DNA of 64,000 nucleotides from an uncultured Bacilli bacterium. GTDB taxonomy: Bacteria > Bacillota_I > Bacilli_A > RF39 > UBA660. Location of the stretch: assembly GCA_947630055.1 (NCBI GenBank), contig CANRGA010000001.1, positions 10,195 to 74,194 of the forward strand, in the 5' to 3' direction. Below the pieces are notes generated by a model. That model saw only the letters and a program-made list of their open reading frames with translations, was not told where the DNA came from and searched no databases. Below are positions 36,417 to 45,766 of the stretch, piece by piece. Numbering within the stretch: position 1 is the stretch's first letter; the number at the start of each line of letters is the position of its first letter. The translations under genes were made by a program, and so were the position numbers.

Positions 36417-38636
36417 ATGAAGTTTAAGGTAGAAGCTAAAGACTTTTTCTTATTTGTAGTATATTGTATTATACTTCTTTATTTATGTGCTTTAGCAGTT
36501 TCTAATTTATTTTGCCTACTTAATTATGGTACATTTTATGGACTTCTTCCTTTAAGTGCTTTCTCTTTGCAATATTTACCATTTACTTTAGGATTATTCA
36601 TTGGGGCCTTAATTTTAATATTTACTAGTGTCTCTTCTTATATTTTTAATAAAGATAAAGGTAGTGGCTTTGGTATTAAAGTTAATAAAGAAAAAACTAG
36701 TGATGGTTATGCTAGATGGGCTAAAGATAAGGAGATAAAAACAGCTAATAAAGTTGTTAAAATTAATCCAACTGATAAAGTACTTACAGCTGGTGGAATT
36801 CCTTTAATTAGTAATCCAAAAGAAATATGGGTTGATAATAGTGATTATCATAATTTGGTAATAGGTTCTACTGGTAGTGGTAAAACTGAAAATTTAGTAT
36901 TTCCAATGGTAAATATCTTAGCTAAAAAAGGTGAAAGTATGATTATTACTGATCCTAAAGGTGAGATATATAGTAAAACTGCTAATAACTTAAAAGAACG
37001 TGGATATAAAATTATTGTTTTAAATTTTAGGGAACCAGGAAAAGGTAATGCTTGGAATCCTTTGGATATGCCTTATAAGTATTATAAGGAAGGTAATTAT
37101 GATAAAGCCACTGAACTTCTAGAAGATGTTTCTTTAAATATATTATACGATCCATCTAAAGGAAATGGTGATTCTGAATTCTGGGAAAAAGGATCAGCTG
37201 ATTACTTTTCAGGGTTAGCTATTGGATTATTCCAAGATGCATCGGAAAAAGAAATAAATTTAAATAGTATTAATTATATGAGTACTGTTGGTGAAGAAAG
37301 ATATGCTACTAGTAACTTTATAAAAGAATATTTTAATTTAAAAGGTAAAGAATCAAATGCTTATATGTTTGCTAATACAGTTATTAATGCTCCAAACGAT
37401 ACAAAGGGTGGTTTACTTTCAACATTTAGTCAAAAAATAAGAATGTTTTCTACTAAAGAAAATTTAGCGGAAATGCTTTCTTATAGTGACTTTGATATGC
37501 GTGACATTGGTAAAGGTAAAACTGCTGTATTTATGATTATTCATGATGAGAAAAAGACATATCATACATTGATGACTATTTTTATAAAACAAGTATATGA
37601 AACTCTTATTGATGTAGCGCAAGCTAATGGAGGAAAACTTCAATATCGTACTAATTTTATTTTAGATGAATTTGCTAATATGCCACCTCTTAAAGATGTT
37701 GATAGTATGGTATCAGCAGCAAGAAGTCGTGATATAAGATTTACTTTTATTATTCAAAACTTTGCTCAACTTAATGATGTATATGGTGAAGAAGTAGCAC
37801 AAGTAATTAGAGGTAATTGTGGTAATTTAATTTATTTAATTTCAACAGAACTTAAAGCCTTAGAAGAAATAAGTAAAATGTGTGGTGAAGTTAAATCAAA
37901 AGAAAAGGATAAAACTGCTTCAACTCCATTAGTTACAGTTAGTGATTTACAAAAATTAAAATTAGGTGAAGCAATTATTTTAAGACTTAGAATGAATCCA
38001 TTTAAAACAAAATATGCTCCTAATTTTAAAATAAATTGGGGAGAAGATTATCCACTAGCGACATATCCTACTAGGGAATTTCATCAAGTTGAATTATTTG
38101 ATTTAAAAAAATATGTTACAGAAGAAAAAAGAAAACGTATGATGAATAATACAAATAATGATGCTAATTCAATGATGCAACCAGGTGGAATAAGTCCATT
38201 TGGTATGGGTGGTGGCTTTGGTATGCCAGGTATGCCAGCTGGTAATCCAATGAATTCTTTAAATGGTTCAGCATCAAATCCTTTTGCTGGTGGCTTACAA
38301 AATATGGATATCGATGCTATGATGAAAGATATCGATCGTAAACTTAAAGAACTTGACGAAGAAGAAAAACGTCAAAAAGAAAAATTAAAGATGCAAAATC
38401 AAAAAATTACTAATGATTCACCATTTAAATTATCAGATGATACAGAATTGCCAGAATTAAAAGAAAAAGCATTAAATGAAGAACTTGATAAGGACATAAA
38501 AGAAAAAGAAGAGCCTAAAGATGAAAGTTCAAAAATAGATAAACCAAAAGTTAATATTGATGTTGATAGTGTTATTATGAATGAAAATGTAATAACTGAT
38601 GATGAATTTTTTGACGATTTCTTTGGTGATGAATAA
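36417..38636 (+). CDS. VirD4/TraG-type type IV coupling protein
   Basis: Two N-terminal TM helices, Walker A VIGSTGSGKTE, DPKGEIY, Walker B FILDEFANM. Gly/Met/Pro-rich and acidic C-terminal tail. Confidence 0.85.
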   Translation: MKFKVEAKDFFLFVVYCIILLYLCALAVSNLFCLLNYGTFYGLLPLSAFSLQYLPFTLGLFIGALILIFTSVSSYIFNKDKGSGFGIKVNKEKTSDGYARWAKDKEIKTANKVVKINPTDKVLTAGGIPLISNPKEIWVDNSDYHNLVIGSTGSGKTENLVFPMVNILAKKGESMIITDPKGEIYSKTANNLKERGYKIIVLNFREPGKGNAWNPLDMPYKYYKEGNYDKATELLEDVSLNILYDPSKGNGDSEFWEKGSADYFSGLAIGLFQDASEKEINLNSINYMSTVGEERYATSNFIKEYFNLKGKESNAYMFANTVINAPNDTKGGLLSTFSQKIRMFSTKENLAEMLSYSDFDMRDIGKGKTAVFMIIHDEKKTYHTLMTIFIKQVYETLIDVAQANGGKLQYRTNFILDEFANMPPLKDVDSMVSAARSRDIRFTFIIQNFAQLNDVYGEEVAQVIRGNCGNLIYLISTELKALEEISKMCGEVKSKEKDKTASTPLVTVSDLQKLKLGEAIILRLRMNPFKTKYAPNFKINWGEDYPLATYPTREFHQVELFDLKKYVTEEKRKRMMNNTNNDANSMMQPGGISPFGMGGGFGMPGMPAGNPMNSLNGSASNPFAGGLQNMDIDAMMKDIDRKLKELDEEEKRQKEKLKMQNQKITNDSPFKLSDDTELPELKEKALNEELDKDIKEKEEPKDESSKIDKPKVNIDVDSVIMNENVITDDEFFDDFFGDE

Positions 38637-38641
38637 ATTCA

Positions 38642-38670
38642 AAAAGTAATGTTAATTCATTACTTTTTTA
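38642..38670 (+). terminator. Intrinsic terminator ending the T4SS module
   Basis: aaaagtaatg-ttaatt-cattactttt followed by T residues. Confidence 0.65.
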
Positions 38671-38716
38671 TTATGTGGAATTTTTTTAATAACATAAATT
38701 ATAATGGTGAAATAAA

Positions 38717-38974
38717 ATGCATAGTATTAAAGAAAATGAATATAAACCATATATGGGAATATTAATAGATGTTAGAGATCCGGTAAGCTATAAAGAAGGG
38801 CATAATCCAAGTAGTATTAATATCTATTATGATAAATTGTTATTAAATCATAAAACAATGTTAGATAAAAATAAAAAATATTTTCTTATTTGTGATAAAG
38901 GACATAAAAGTAAACAAGCTGCTAGAATATTAACATTTTACGGTTATAATGTCACATATGTAATAAATTCGTGA
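38717..38974 (+). CDS. Single-domain rhodanese-like protein
   Basis: Active-site loop CDKGHKS and typical EGH..SINI context. Confidence 0.6.
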   Translation: MHSIKENEYKPYMGILIDVRDPVSYKEGHNPSSINIYYDKLLLNHKTMLDKNKKYFLICDKGHKSKQAARILTFYGYNVTYVINS

Positions 38975-39014
38975 AAATTACTCATAATTATATTATAATA
39001 ATTGTGTGGTATTT

Positions 39015-39599
39015 ATGATGAATTTTTTAAATAATTTATATAATATAATTATGGATATAGTAACTAATTCAGTCTTTTGGGGGCCTGTTTTAGCATGCAT
39101 ATTAATATTTTTTGAATCAATAATTCCTGTTTTACCATTGTTTGTATTTATAACAATAATATTTATTGCTTATGGTTATGTATTTGGTTTTATAATATCT
39201 TATATCTTAACTTGTCTAGGATGTTTTTTTATGTTTTATTTATGTCGAACAGTTTTAAAAGATATTTTTACTAAAAGAATTAGAAAAGTAGAGAAGTTTG
39301 ATAATTTAATGAAAAAAATAGATAAAATATCTTTATCAAATTTAGTTTTATTAATAGCTATTCCTTTTACACCAGCTTTTTTAATTAATATAGCCTCTGC
39401 TTTATCAGAAATAAAATTCAAAAAATTTGCAATAGCGGTTTTAATAGGGAAGGTTTCATTAGTATTTTTCTGGGGATTTATTGGTACTAGTTTAATTGAA
39501 AGTTTAAAAAATCCTAAAATATTAATAGTTATTTTAATTATGTTAGCTATAGCATATGTTCTAAGTAAAATTGCTACGAAAAAATTAGATATTGAGTAA
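39015..39599 (+). CDS. DedA / TVP38-TMEM64 family membrane protein
   Basis: Polytopic protein; ESIIPVLPLFVF motif near the N-terminus. Confidence 0.55.
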   Translation: MMNFLNNLYNIIMDIVTNSVFWGPVLACILIFFESIIPVLPLFVFITIIFIAYGYVFGFIISYILTCLGCFFMFYLCRTVLKDIFTKRIRKVEKFDNLMKKIDKISLSNLVLLIAIPFTPAFLINIASALSEIKFKKFAIAVLIGKVSLVFFWGFIGTSLIESLKNPKILIVILIMLAIAYVLSKIATKKLDIE

Positions 39600-39681
39600 A
39601 TAAAATGTCAATTATCCAATAGTAATATTGTTTTACATAATTTTAAATAGTATATTAATAATAGGTTGGTAGGTGATATTA

Positions 39682-40665
39682 ATGCCATTATCAGAAAAAG
39701 AAATGTTTGATAAAATTAATTTGCAAAGTGATTGTCGTAAAATAGCTGAAGAATATATATGTAAATATTATGGTAATTTATACACTTTAGATGAAGCTAT
39801 GAAAATTGCTAAATATTTAATGTTAGAATTACCTAAGAATCCTAATGCATCTACTAAAGATTTTATTTTAAATGGCTACTATGATGATATCATAATTAAT
39901 AGAGGAAAAATGATTGTAGCTAGAAGTAAAAGTATAAAAAATGATACAGAAGACATTATAGAAATAAAATTAAAAACAAAAAAAGAATTAATAAGTAAAG
40001 ATAAATTAAAAAGATTAATTGCAGGATTAGTAGCTACTGTTTCAATTGCGTCTGTTTTTGCATTAAGATTTAATAATAACTATGAAGAATTAAAAGAAGC
40101 AACTACAATAAAATTAGGACAACTTGCTAGTGATGATTATGTTAATAAAACTACTATTTTAGCACAAAATAGTATGCCTACTTATGACGCTCTTGGTAAC
40201 TATATATCATTGTCTGAAGGTGTTGCTAGTGATATTTTAAATATATGTATTAAAGATCCAACCCTTTTTGATGTAACCATATATGATACATATTATAGTA
40301 TAAGTAGTAATAGATTAGATAATTTTAATAATATATGGAATACATTAAAAACTTATATGGCTAATGATGAAGCATTTTCACCTTTATATGCTAAAATTGC
40401 TAATCAATCTTTTTTAGGCTATGTTTTAGAAATGTTAACCAAAAGAGGAGATGTCATTCATTATATGCCTGAATATCAAAAATGTGCAAATATAGTTGAT
40501 GAATATGCTAAAGTTGGTTCATATGATGCTTTAAGTAAAGAATCTCATGTTGTTTTAAGAGAAATGATGGATAAATACGAAGAATTAGGTAAAGAATTAT
40601 ATAAAACAAATAAAAAAACAATTAATAACTTAGTAGAAGAAGAAAAGGAACTAGGTGGAAGATAA
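39682..40665 (+). CDS. Hypothetical single-pass membrane protein
   Basis: ORF with RBS AGGTG. Central TM LIAGLVATVSIASVFAL. Confidence 0.4.
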   Translation: MPLSEKEMFDKINLQSDCRKIAEEYICKYYGNLYTLDEAMKIAKYLMLELPKNPNASTKDFILNGYYDDIIINRGKMIVARSKSIKNDTEDIIEIKLKTKKELISKDKLKRLIAGLVATVSIASVFALRFNNNYEELKEATTIKLGQLASDDYVNKTTILAQNSMPTYDALGNYISLSEGVASDILNICIKDPTLFDVTIYDTYYSISSNRLDNFNNIWNTLKTYMANDEAFSPLYAKIANQSFLGYVLEMLTKRGDVIHYMPEYQKCANIVDEYAKVGSYDALSKESHVVLREMMDKYEELGKELYKTNKKTINNLVEEEKELGGR

Positions 40666-40910
40666 TGGCTGATTTAGATATCTTAACTTTAGAAAATAAT
40701 AAGGATTATATTGTAATAGATACATTAGTAAATGAAGATAATAAATATTTATTTTTAGTAAATAAAGAAGATGATAATGATATAGTTATCAGAAAAGTAA
40801 TAAAAAAAGAAGATGGCGAATATATTATCAAGTTAGATAATGAAGATGAATTTGAAGAAGTAATGTATTTATTTAAAGAAAAACATAAGGGTGATGACAA
40901 TGAAAAATAA
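40665..40910 (+). CDS. Small acidic protein, DUF1292-like
   Basis: The pattern ..YIVIDTLVNEDNKYLFLV...DIVIRKV..EDGEYIIKLDNEDEFEEV resembles DUF1292. Confidence 0.4.
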   Translation: MADLDILTLENNKDYIVIDTLVNEDNKYLFLVNKEDDNDIVIRKVIKKEDGEYIIKLDNEDEFEEVMYLFKEKHKGDDNEK

Positions 40911-41364
40911 TAAAAGTATAATATTAGGAATTGCATTAATTATAATTGTATGCATTATTACAGTTGGTTGTGGATTTTATAATTTATTAGATGCTAAAGA
41001 TTTTAAAGAACATTTTGGTGCTTTAGGATATACTATTAGTGACTCAGAAACGCCAAAATATGAAGCTGATACTTATTTAGTAGCTACTAAAGAAGATGTG
41101 CCATATAAAATTGAATATTATGAATTTGAAGATGAATTGGCTGCTAAAAAAGTCTATAAAAAATATTTCGATAGTATTTCTGACTATATAACAACAGATT
41201 CTAAAAATAAAGAAACAACTGGAGCAGTACTATCTAAAACTGTTGCGGTATCTGATAATGAATATATAATAATATCTAGAGTAAAAAATACTTTAATATT
41301 TATTGCAAGTACTAAAGATTATAAGTCTGAAATAGATAATTTATTAGAAGACATTAAATATTAA
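40900..41364 (+). CDS. Putative lipoprotein
   Basis: Signal peptide with lipobox ITVGC. Confidence 0.45.
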   Translation: MKNNKSIILGIALIIIVCIITVGCGFYNLLDAKDFKEHFGALGYTISDSETPKYEADTYLVATKEDVPYKIEYYEFEDELAAKKVYKKYFDSISDYITTDSKNKETTGAVLSKTVAVSDNEYIIISRVKNTLIFIASTKDYKSEIDNLLEDIKY

Positions 41365-41388
41365 AAAGGAAGATAAAGATTCTTCCTT

Positions 41389-41706
41389 TTAATTTTCTAA
41401 ATTATTTAATTCTGTTTGTAATTCTTTAGCTAAAGTGTCTATTTTAGTATCAGTTGCTTTTTCTAAACTATACCAACCTAAATAAAACATAAGCTCATAG
41501 CTTTTTCTTTGAGCATCAGCTAAAGCATCATACATTTTTTTATAATCTTTATATAGTTTTTCGTGTGATGCTTCCGTTATGGCTACAGTCATATTTTTAG
41601 TAAGTTCTTTTAAATGTGATAAAAGAATAGTCATATAATCTTGATCATTTAAAGATATGCCCGTTGGTACTTCTTTTTTGGAATTACATATTTTATTATT
41701 ATTCAT
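41389..41706 (-). CDS. Spore coat protein F (CotF)-like protein
   Basis: The pattern DQDYMTILLSHLKELTKNMTVAITEASHEKLYKDYKKMYD...LGWY is typical of the Coat_F domain. Confidence 0.55.
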   Translation of the reverse strand: MNNNKICNSKKEVPTGISLNDQDYMTILLSHLKELTKNMTVAITEASHEKLYKDYKKMYDALADAQRKSYELMFYLGWYSLEKATDTKIDTLAKELQTELNNLEN

Positions 41707-41929
41707 TACTATTTCCTTCTTCCAATATTTTTAATACTTTTTGCATATTTTGATAAAATAATTTTGAACAATCTGATACTACTTTTTCCACTTTTCTATC
41801 CGCTATATTAGTAAGGGCATCTTCACATACTTTATATGCTGTATGATGCCAACCAAAGATATCTTTTAAATAATCTAAATCTTTATTTGTTAAAATATCT
41901 GGTGCTAATTTATACTCTTCATTAGTCAT
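41699..41929 (-). CDS. Small helical protein co-transcribed with the cotF-like gene
   Basis: Overlaps the downstream start by 8 nt. No recognisable motif. Confidence 0.4.
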   Translation of the reverse strand: MTNEEYKLAPDILTNKDLDYLKDIFGWHHTAYKVCEDALTNIADRKVEKVVSDCSKLFYQNMQKVLKILEEGNSNE

Positions 41930-42046
41930 AAAATCATCCTTTCTATAATTATTATTAAAATATTATTTAAAAGTATGTATTATTTAAATAGTAATTTTTG
42001 GCTTTATTTATTATATATTTTAGTTAATACTAATATTGTGATAATT

Positions 42047-42544
42047 ATGGATGATTTAATTATAAAGATAGGTCTTTTATTTTATTTATCGAGTATTTTA
42101 GGCTATATTTATGAACTTATTTTATGTTACTTTTATACAGGCAAACTTTTTAGTCATGGCATTTTATCTGGTCCATGGTTGCCAATTTATGGTATAGGTT
42201 CTTTATTTATATTGCTTATTAATAGGTATAAAGATAAGCCTTTAATTATTTTTGCTTTATCATTTTTAATAACAGGTATTTTAGAATATACATCTGGTTT
42301 ATTTTTACTTAAAGTATTTAAAATGCGCCTTTGGGATTATACTAATCGTATTTTTAATATTGATGGTTTAGTTTGCTTACTTAGTGCTTTTTGTTTTGGC
42401 ATTTGTGGATTAATTATTACTTATTTAATTGAGCCTTTTATAAATAAAATATTACAAGTATTTTCGAAAGAAAAAATTAGTAAAATTTTAAATATTTTAA
42501 ATAGTATGTTTATAGGTGATATAATTGCAACTAATCTTAATTAA
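42047..42544 (+). CDS. Membrane protein, 'putative ABC-transporter type IV' (PF06541-like)
   Basis: YIYELILCYFYTGKLFSHGILSGPWLPIYGIGS matches that family. Start is uncertain (track start is 41975). Confidence 0.45.
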   Translation: MDDLIIKIGLLFYLSSILGYIYELILCYFYTGKLFSHGILSGPWLPIYGIGSLFILLINRYKDKPLIIFALSFLITGILEYTSGLFLLKVFKMRLWDYTNRIFNIDGLVCLLSAFCFGICGLIITYLIEPFINKILQVFSKEKISKILNILNSMFIGDIIATNLN

Positions 42545-42573
42545 GTATATAATATACTTGGTTTGGAGGCATT

Positions 42574-43266
42574 ATGAATTTAGATGGCTTAGTTGTTTTA
42601 GTAGTTGGTGGCACCAGTGGTATAGGTAGTACTTTAATTAATATTTTACATGAGTATGGGGCTACCGTAGTTGCTACATATCATAATAAAAAAATAAATA
42701 ATGAATTAATTGATATTTACTATTGTGATATAACAAGTGAAGATAGTATAAATGAGTTAATGAATTATATAAAAGAAAAGCACGAAAAATTAGATGTAGT
42801 TGTAAATTGCAGTGCTATTGATATAGCAAATGATATATATAATAAAACTAAAGATGAATTTATGAAAGTTTTAGAAGTCAATTTAGTTGGTAGTTTTTTA
42901 ATTATGAAAGAGGCCTCTAAAATAATGAGTAGAGGAGTAATTATCAATTTATCATCAACTGATGCTACAGATACTTATAATACTTTAAGTATGGATTATG
43001 CATCTAGTAAAGCAGGAGTAGAGAATTTAGTTAAGAATATGGCAGAAAGATTACCTAATTTAAAGATATGTGCTCTAGCACCTAATTGGGTTGATACTGC
43101 TGCAGTACTTGAAATGGATCCTAATTATTTAAAAGAGGAAATGAATAGAGTAGGACAAAAAGAATTAATTAAAAAAGAAAATGTTGCTTTAAAAATATTA
43201 GAAATAATTATCAATGATGATATTAGAAGTGGCGATATAATTAGAATGAGTGGTAAAGATGAATAA
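42574..43266 (+). CDS. Short-chain dehydrogenase/reductase (SDR)
   Basis: GGTSGIGS cofactor motif and catalytic YASSK. Confidence 0.8.
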   Translation: MNLDGLVVLVVGGTSGIGSTLINILHEYGATVVATYHNKKINNELIDIYYCDITSEDSINELMNYIKEKHEKLDVVVNCSAIDIANDIYNKTKDEFMKVLEVNLVGSFLIMKEASKIMSRGVIINLSSTDATDTYNTLSMDYASSKAGVENLVKNMAERLPNLKICALAPNWVDTAAVLEMDPNYLKEEMNRVGQKELIKKENVALKILEIIINDDIRSGDIIRMSGKDE

Positions 43267-44518
43267 ATATTTAGAATACTTTAAAGTAGAAGAAAAAGTT
43301 AAAGACTTAGTTTTAAAATGTGAAAAAGAATTACAAAATATTTATCAAAGTATTGATGATTTAGCATTTTTAAATAGTTTAAAAGTAATTACAGCTTTTA
43401 ATAAAGAAAATGTTTGTGAAAGTGATTTTAATACCTCAACTGGTTATGGTTATAGTGATATGGGTAGAGATAAAATAGAAAGAATATTTGCAAGCATTTT
43501 AGGTGGTGAAGATGCTTTAGTTCGAAGCCAAATAATATCTGGAACGCATGCTCTCACTATTACTTTGTTTGGCTTACTTAGACCTAATGATACTCTGCTT
43601 AGTATAACTGGTACTCCATATGATACTTTGCATGAAGTTATTGGGATAAAAGAAAACGCTAGTTCTTTGAAGTCTTTTGGTATAAATTATGCTCAAATAG
43701 ATTTAGTAAATGATGATTTTGACTATGATAAAATAAAAGAATATTTAAATAATAGCAAAGTTAAAGTTATAACTATTCAAAGAAGTAAAGGATACTCTAA
43801 TAGAAAAAGTATTACAATTGATAAACTTACTAAAGTAATTAAATTTATTAAAGGTATAGATAAAGATATAATTATTATGGTTGATAATTGTTATTGTGAA
43901 TTTGTTGAAAGTGAAACACCCCTTCAAGTAGGAGCTGATATTATCGTAGGCTCACTTATTAAAAATTTAGGCGGCGGTATTGCTTCAAGTGGGGGATATG
44001 TAGCAGGTAAAAAAGATTTAATAAAATTCATTTCCGAGAGATTAACCGTCCCTGGTGAAGGTAAAGAAATAGGCCCATCTCTAAATTTTAATAAGTCTTT
44101 CTTACTCGGATTATATGAATCTCCTCATGTAGTAGCAAGTAGTTTAAAGGTAGCTATACTTACTAGTAAAGTTTTAGAAGAGTTAGGTTATAAAGTAGAG
44201 CCAAGATATAATGATAGTAGAGCAGATATAGTTGAAAGCATTATCTTTGGTAATCGAGATGATTTAATCAATTATTGTGAAGGTATTCAAGCATCTTCTG
44301 CCATTGATGCTAACTCAAAACCTATACCAACCCCAATGCCCGGCTATGATGATGAAATAATTATGGCTTCTGGTTCATTTACCCAAGGATCATCTATTGA
44401 AATATCTTGTGATGGACCATTAAGAAAGCCTTATATTGCTTATCAACAAGGTAGTTTATCTTATGAATATGGTAAACTTGCTTTAATGGTAGCAGTTAGT
44501 AAAATATTAAAAAAATAG
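43259..44518 (+). CDS. Methionine gamma-lyase family / YnbB ('aluminium resistance')-like PLP enzyme
   Basis: N-terminal ..FNTSTGYGYSDMGRDKIERIFASILGGEDALVRSQIISGTHAL.. is typical of the family. Confidence 0.6.
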   Translation: MNKYLEYFKVEEKVKDLVLKCEKELQNIYQSIDDLAFLNSLKVITAFNKENVCESDFNTSTGYGYSDMGRDKIERIFASILGGEDALVRSQIISGTHALTITLFGLLRPNDTLLSITGTPYDTLHEVIGIKENASSLKSFGINYAQIDLVNDDFDYDKIKEYLNNSKVKVITIQRSKGYSNRKSITIDKLTKVIKFIKGIDKDIIIMVDNCYCEFVESETPLQVGADIIVGSLIKNLGGGIASSGGYVAGKKDLIKFISERLTVPGEGKEIGPSLNFNKSFLLGLYESPHVVASSLKVAILTSKVLEELGYKVEPRYNDSRADIVESIIFGNRDDLINYCEGIQASSAIDANSKPIPTPMPGYDDEIIMASGSFTQGSSIEISCDGPLRKPYIAYQQGSLSYEYGKLALMVAVSKILKK

Positions 44519-44528
44519 CTGATTTTAC

Positions 44529-44557
44529 TTGCACTATCAAGTTAACTATGCTATATT
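44529..44557 (+). promoter_or_regulatory. Promoter of secE-nusG
   Basis: TTGCAC, 17-nt spacer, TATATT, with TGc immediately upstream (extended -10). Confidence 0.5.
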
Positions 44558-44610
44558 ATTAATGAACACGAAAGTGTTTTTTAATTGCAAAAGTTTTAAT
44601 GGAGGTTAAA

Positions 44611-44907
44611 ATGGCAAAAAAAGTAAAAGAAGAAAAAACAAAAGAAGTAAAAAATGCTAACAAAGTTGTTAAAGAGAAAAAGACAAAGTTAGCAAAAAAT
44701 ACTAAAAAAACAAATGATAAGAAACCAAAAGTAAAAAAAGAAGGCTTTATTAAAGGCATCAAAAAAGAACTAAAATTAGTTAAATGGCCTGATGCCAAAG
44801 AAATTATTAAATATACAATTGCGACAATTGTATTTTGTATCATTTTAGTAGCGTTCTTTGAGCTTTTAAATGTTATCTTAGCATATATAAAGGGGTTGTT
44901 TAACTAA
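44611..44907 (+). CDS. secE: Preprotein translocase subunit SecE (Lys-rich N-terminal extension)
   Basis: C-terminus KGIKKELKLVKWPDAKEIIKYTIATIVFCIILVAFFELLN. Immediately precedes nusG. ATG follows GGAGG. Confidence 0.85.
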   Translation: MAKKVKEEKTKEVKNANKVVKEKKTKLAKNTKKTNDKKPKVKKEGFIKGIKKELKLVKWPDAKEIIKYTIATIVFCIILVAFFELLNVILAYIKGLFN

Positions 44908-45443
44908 TGGGCGAAAAATTATGGTATGTTGTTAACACTTATTCAGGTCATGAACAAAAGGTTAAAGAAAAACTAGAAGCAAAAATTGAATCAATGGGAA
45001 TGCAAGATTATATCTTTAGAATAGTTATACCGGAAACTAAAGAAGTTGAAGTTAAAGATGGTGTAAAAAAAGAAAAAATTAAAAAAATGTTCCCAGGATA
45101 TATTTTAGTAGAAATGATTATGTCTGATGAAGCATGGTATATAGTCAGAAATACACCAGGTGTAACTGGATTTATTGGTTCATCTGGTAAAGGTGCTAAG
45201 CCTACGCCATTACTTCCACAAGAAATAGATCGTATTTTAGTTAATATGGGTATGAGTCGTGTTAATGTTGAAGATGACTTAAAAGTTGGCGATAGTGTAA
45301 GTATTATTGATGGACCATTCAAAGGTATGATGGGTAAAGTTGATAATATCGATCTTGAAAATAATCGTCTTAATATTATCATTGATTTATTTGGTCAAGA
45401 AACATCTGTTGATGTTGAATTGTTCCAAGTTAGTAAAAATTAA
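44907..45443 (+). CDS. nusG: Transcription termination/antitermination factor NusG
   Basis: NGN motif WYVVNTYSGHEQKV and KOW motif GDSVSIIDGPFKGMMGKV. Confidence 0.95.
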   Translation: MGEKLWYVVNTYSGHEQKVKEKLEAKIESMGMQDYIFRIVIPETKEVEVKDGVKKEKIKKMFPGYILVEMIMSDEAWYIVRNTPGVTGFIGSSGKGAKPTPLLPQEIDRILVNMGMSRVNVEDDLKVGDSVSIIDGPFKGMMGKVDNIDLENNRLNIIIDLFGQETSVDVELFQVSKN

Positions 45444-45513
45444 GGGCTATTTTTAGCTCTTTTTTAATAAAATAGGAAAGTTATATAAAAAGTCAAATAA
45501 GCTGTTGCCAATC

Positions 45514-45727
45514 GTTTGTTTGTATGACACAATTATATTGTCCAGGAGGTAATGTTATGTTGATTAGTCGAGTGAAAAAAATATAAAATAAAAACAAGTA
45601 CGGCAGCGACTGTCGGAAATATGGCCTGTGGAGGAGTAAAATCCAAAGAAGCAGGAAAGATAAGCCGTGAGGCTTATCAAAGTGAAATGAAATAAATTTT
45701 AATTTATTGAATTTTACTTTTGTTCTA
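45514..45727 (+). mobile_element. tnpB-less miniature derivative of the IS200/IS605-type element found at 59716-61061
   Basis: Left part tttgtttgtatgacacaattatattgtccaggaggtaatgttatgttgattagtcgagtg aligns with 59716-59775. Right part aaacaagtacggcagcgactgtcggaaatatggcctgtggagg...ttttgttcta aligns with 60927-61061. The tnpB body is deleted. Confidence 0.8.
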
Positions 45728-45747
45728 TAAATTTGAAATATGATATA
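45590..45747 (+). ncRNA. Omega-RNA (reRNA)-like scaffold of the miniature element plus ~20 nt putative guide
   Basis: Conserved with the region 3' of tnpB at 60927-61061, including the hairpin gataagcc-gtga-ggcttatc. Homology stops at 45727. Confidence 0.45.
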
Positions 45748-45766
45748 CTAAGGTAAGAAATTTGAA

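Noticed and set aside
45444-45475. Possible nusG terminator (ggcta-tttt-tagc..tttttt)
   Set aside because: The stem is only 4-5 bp with a G-U closing pair, which is too weak to call by eye.
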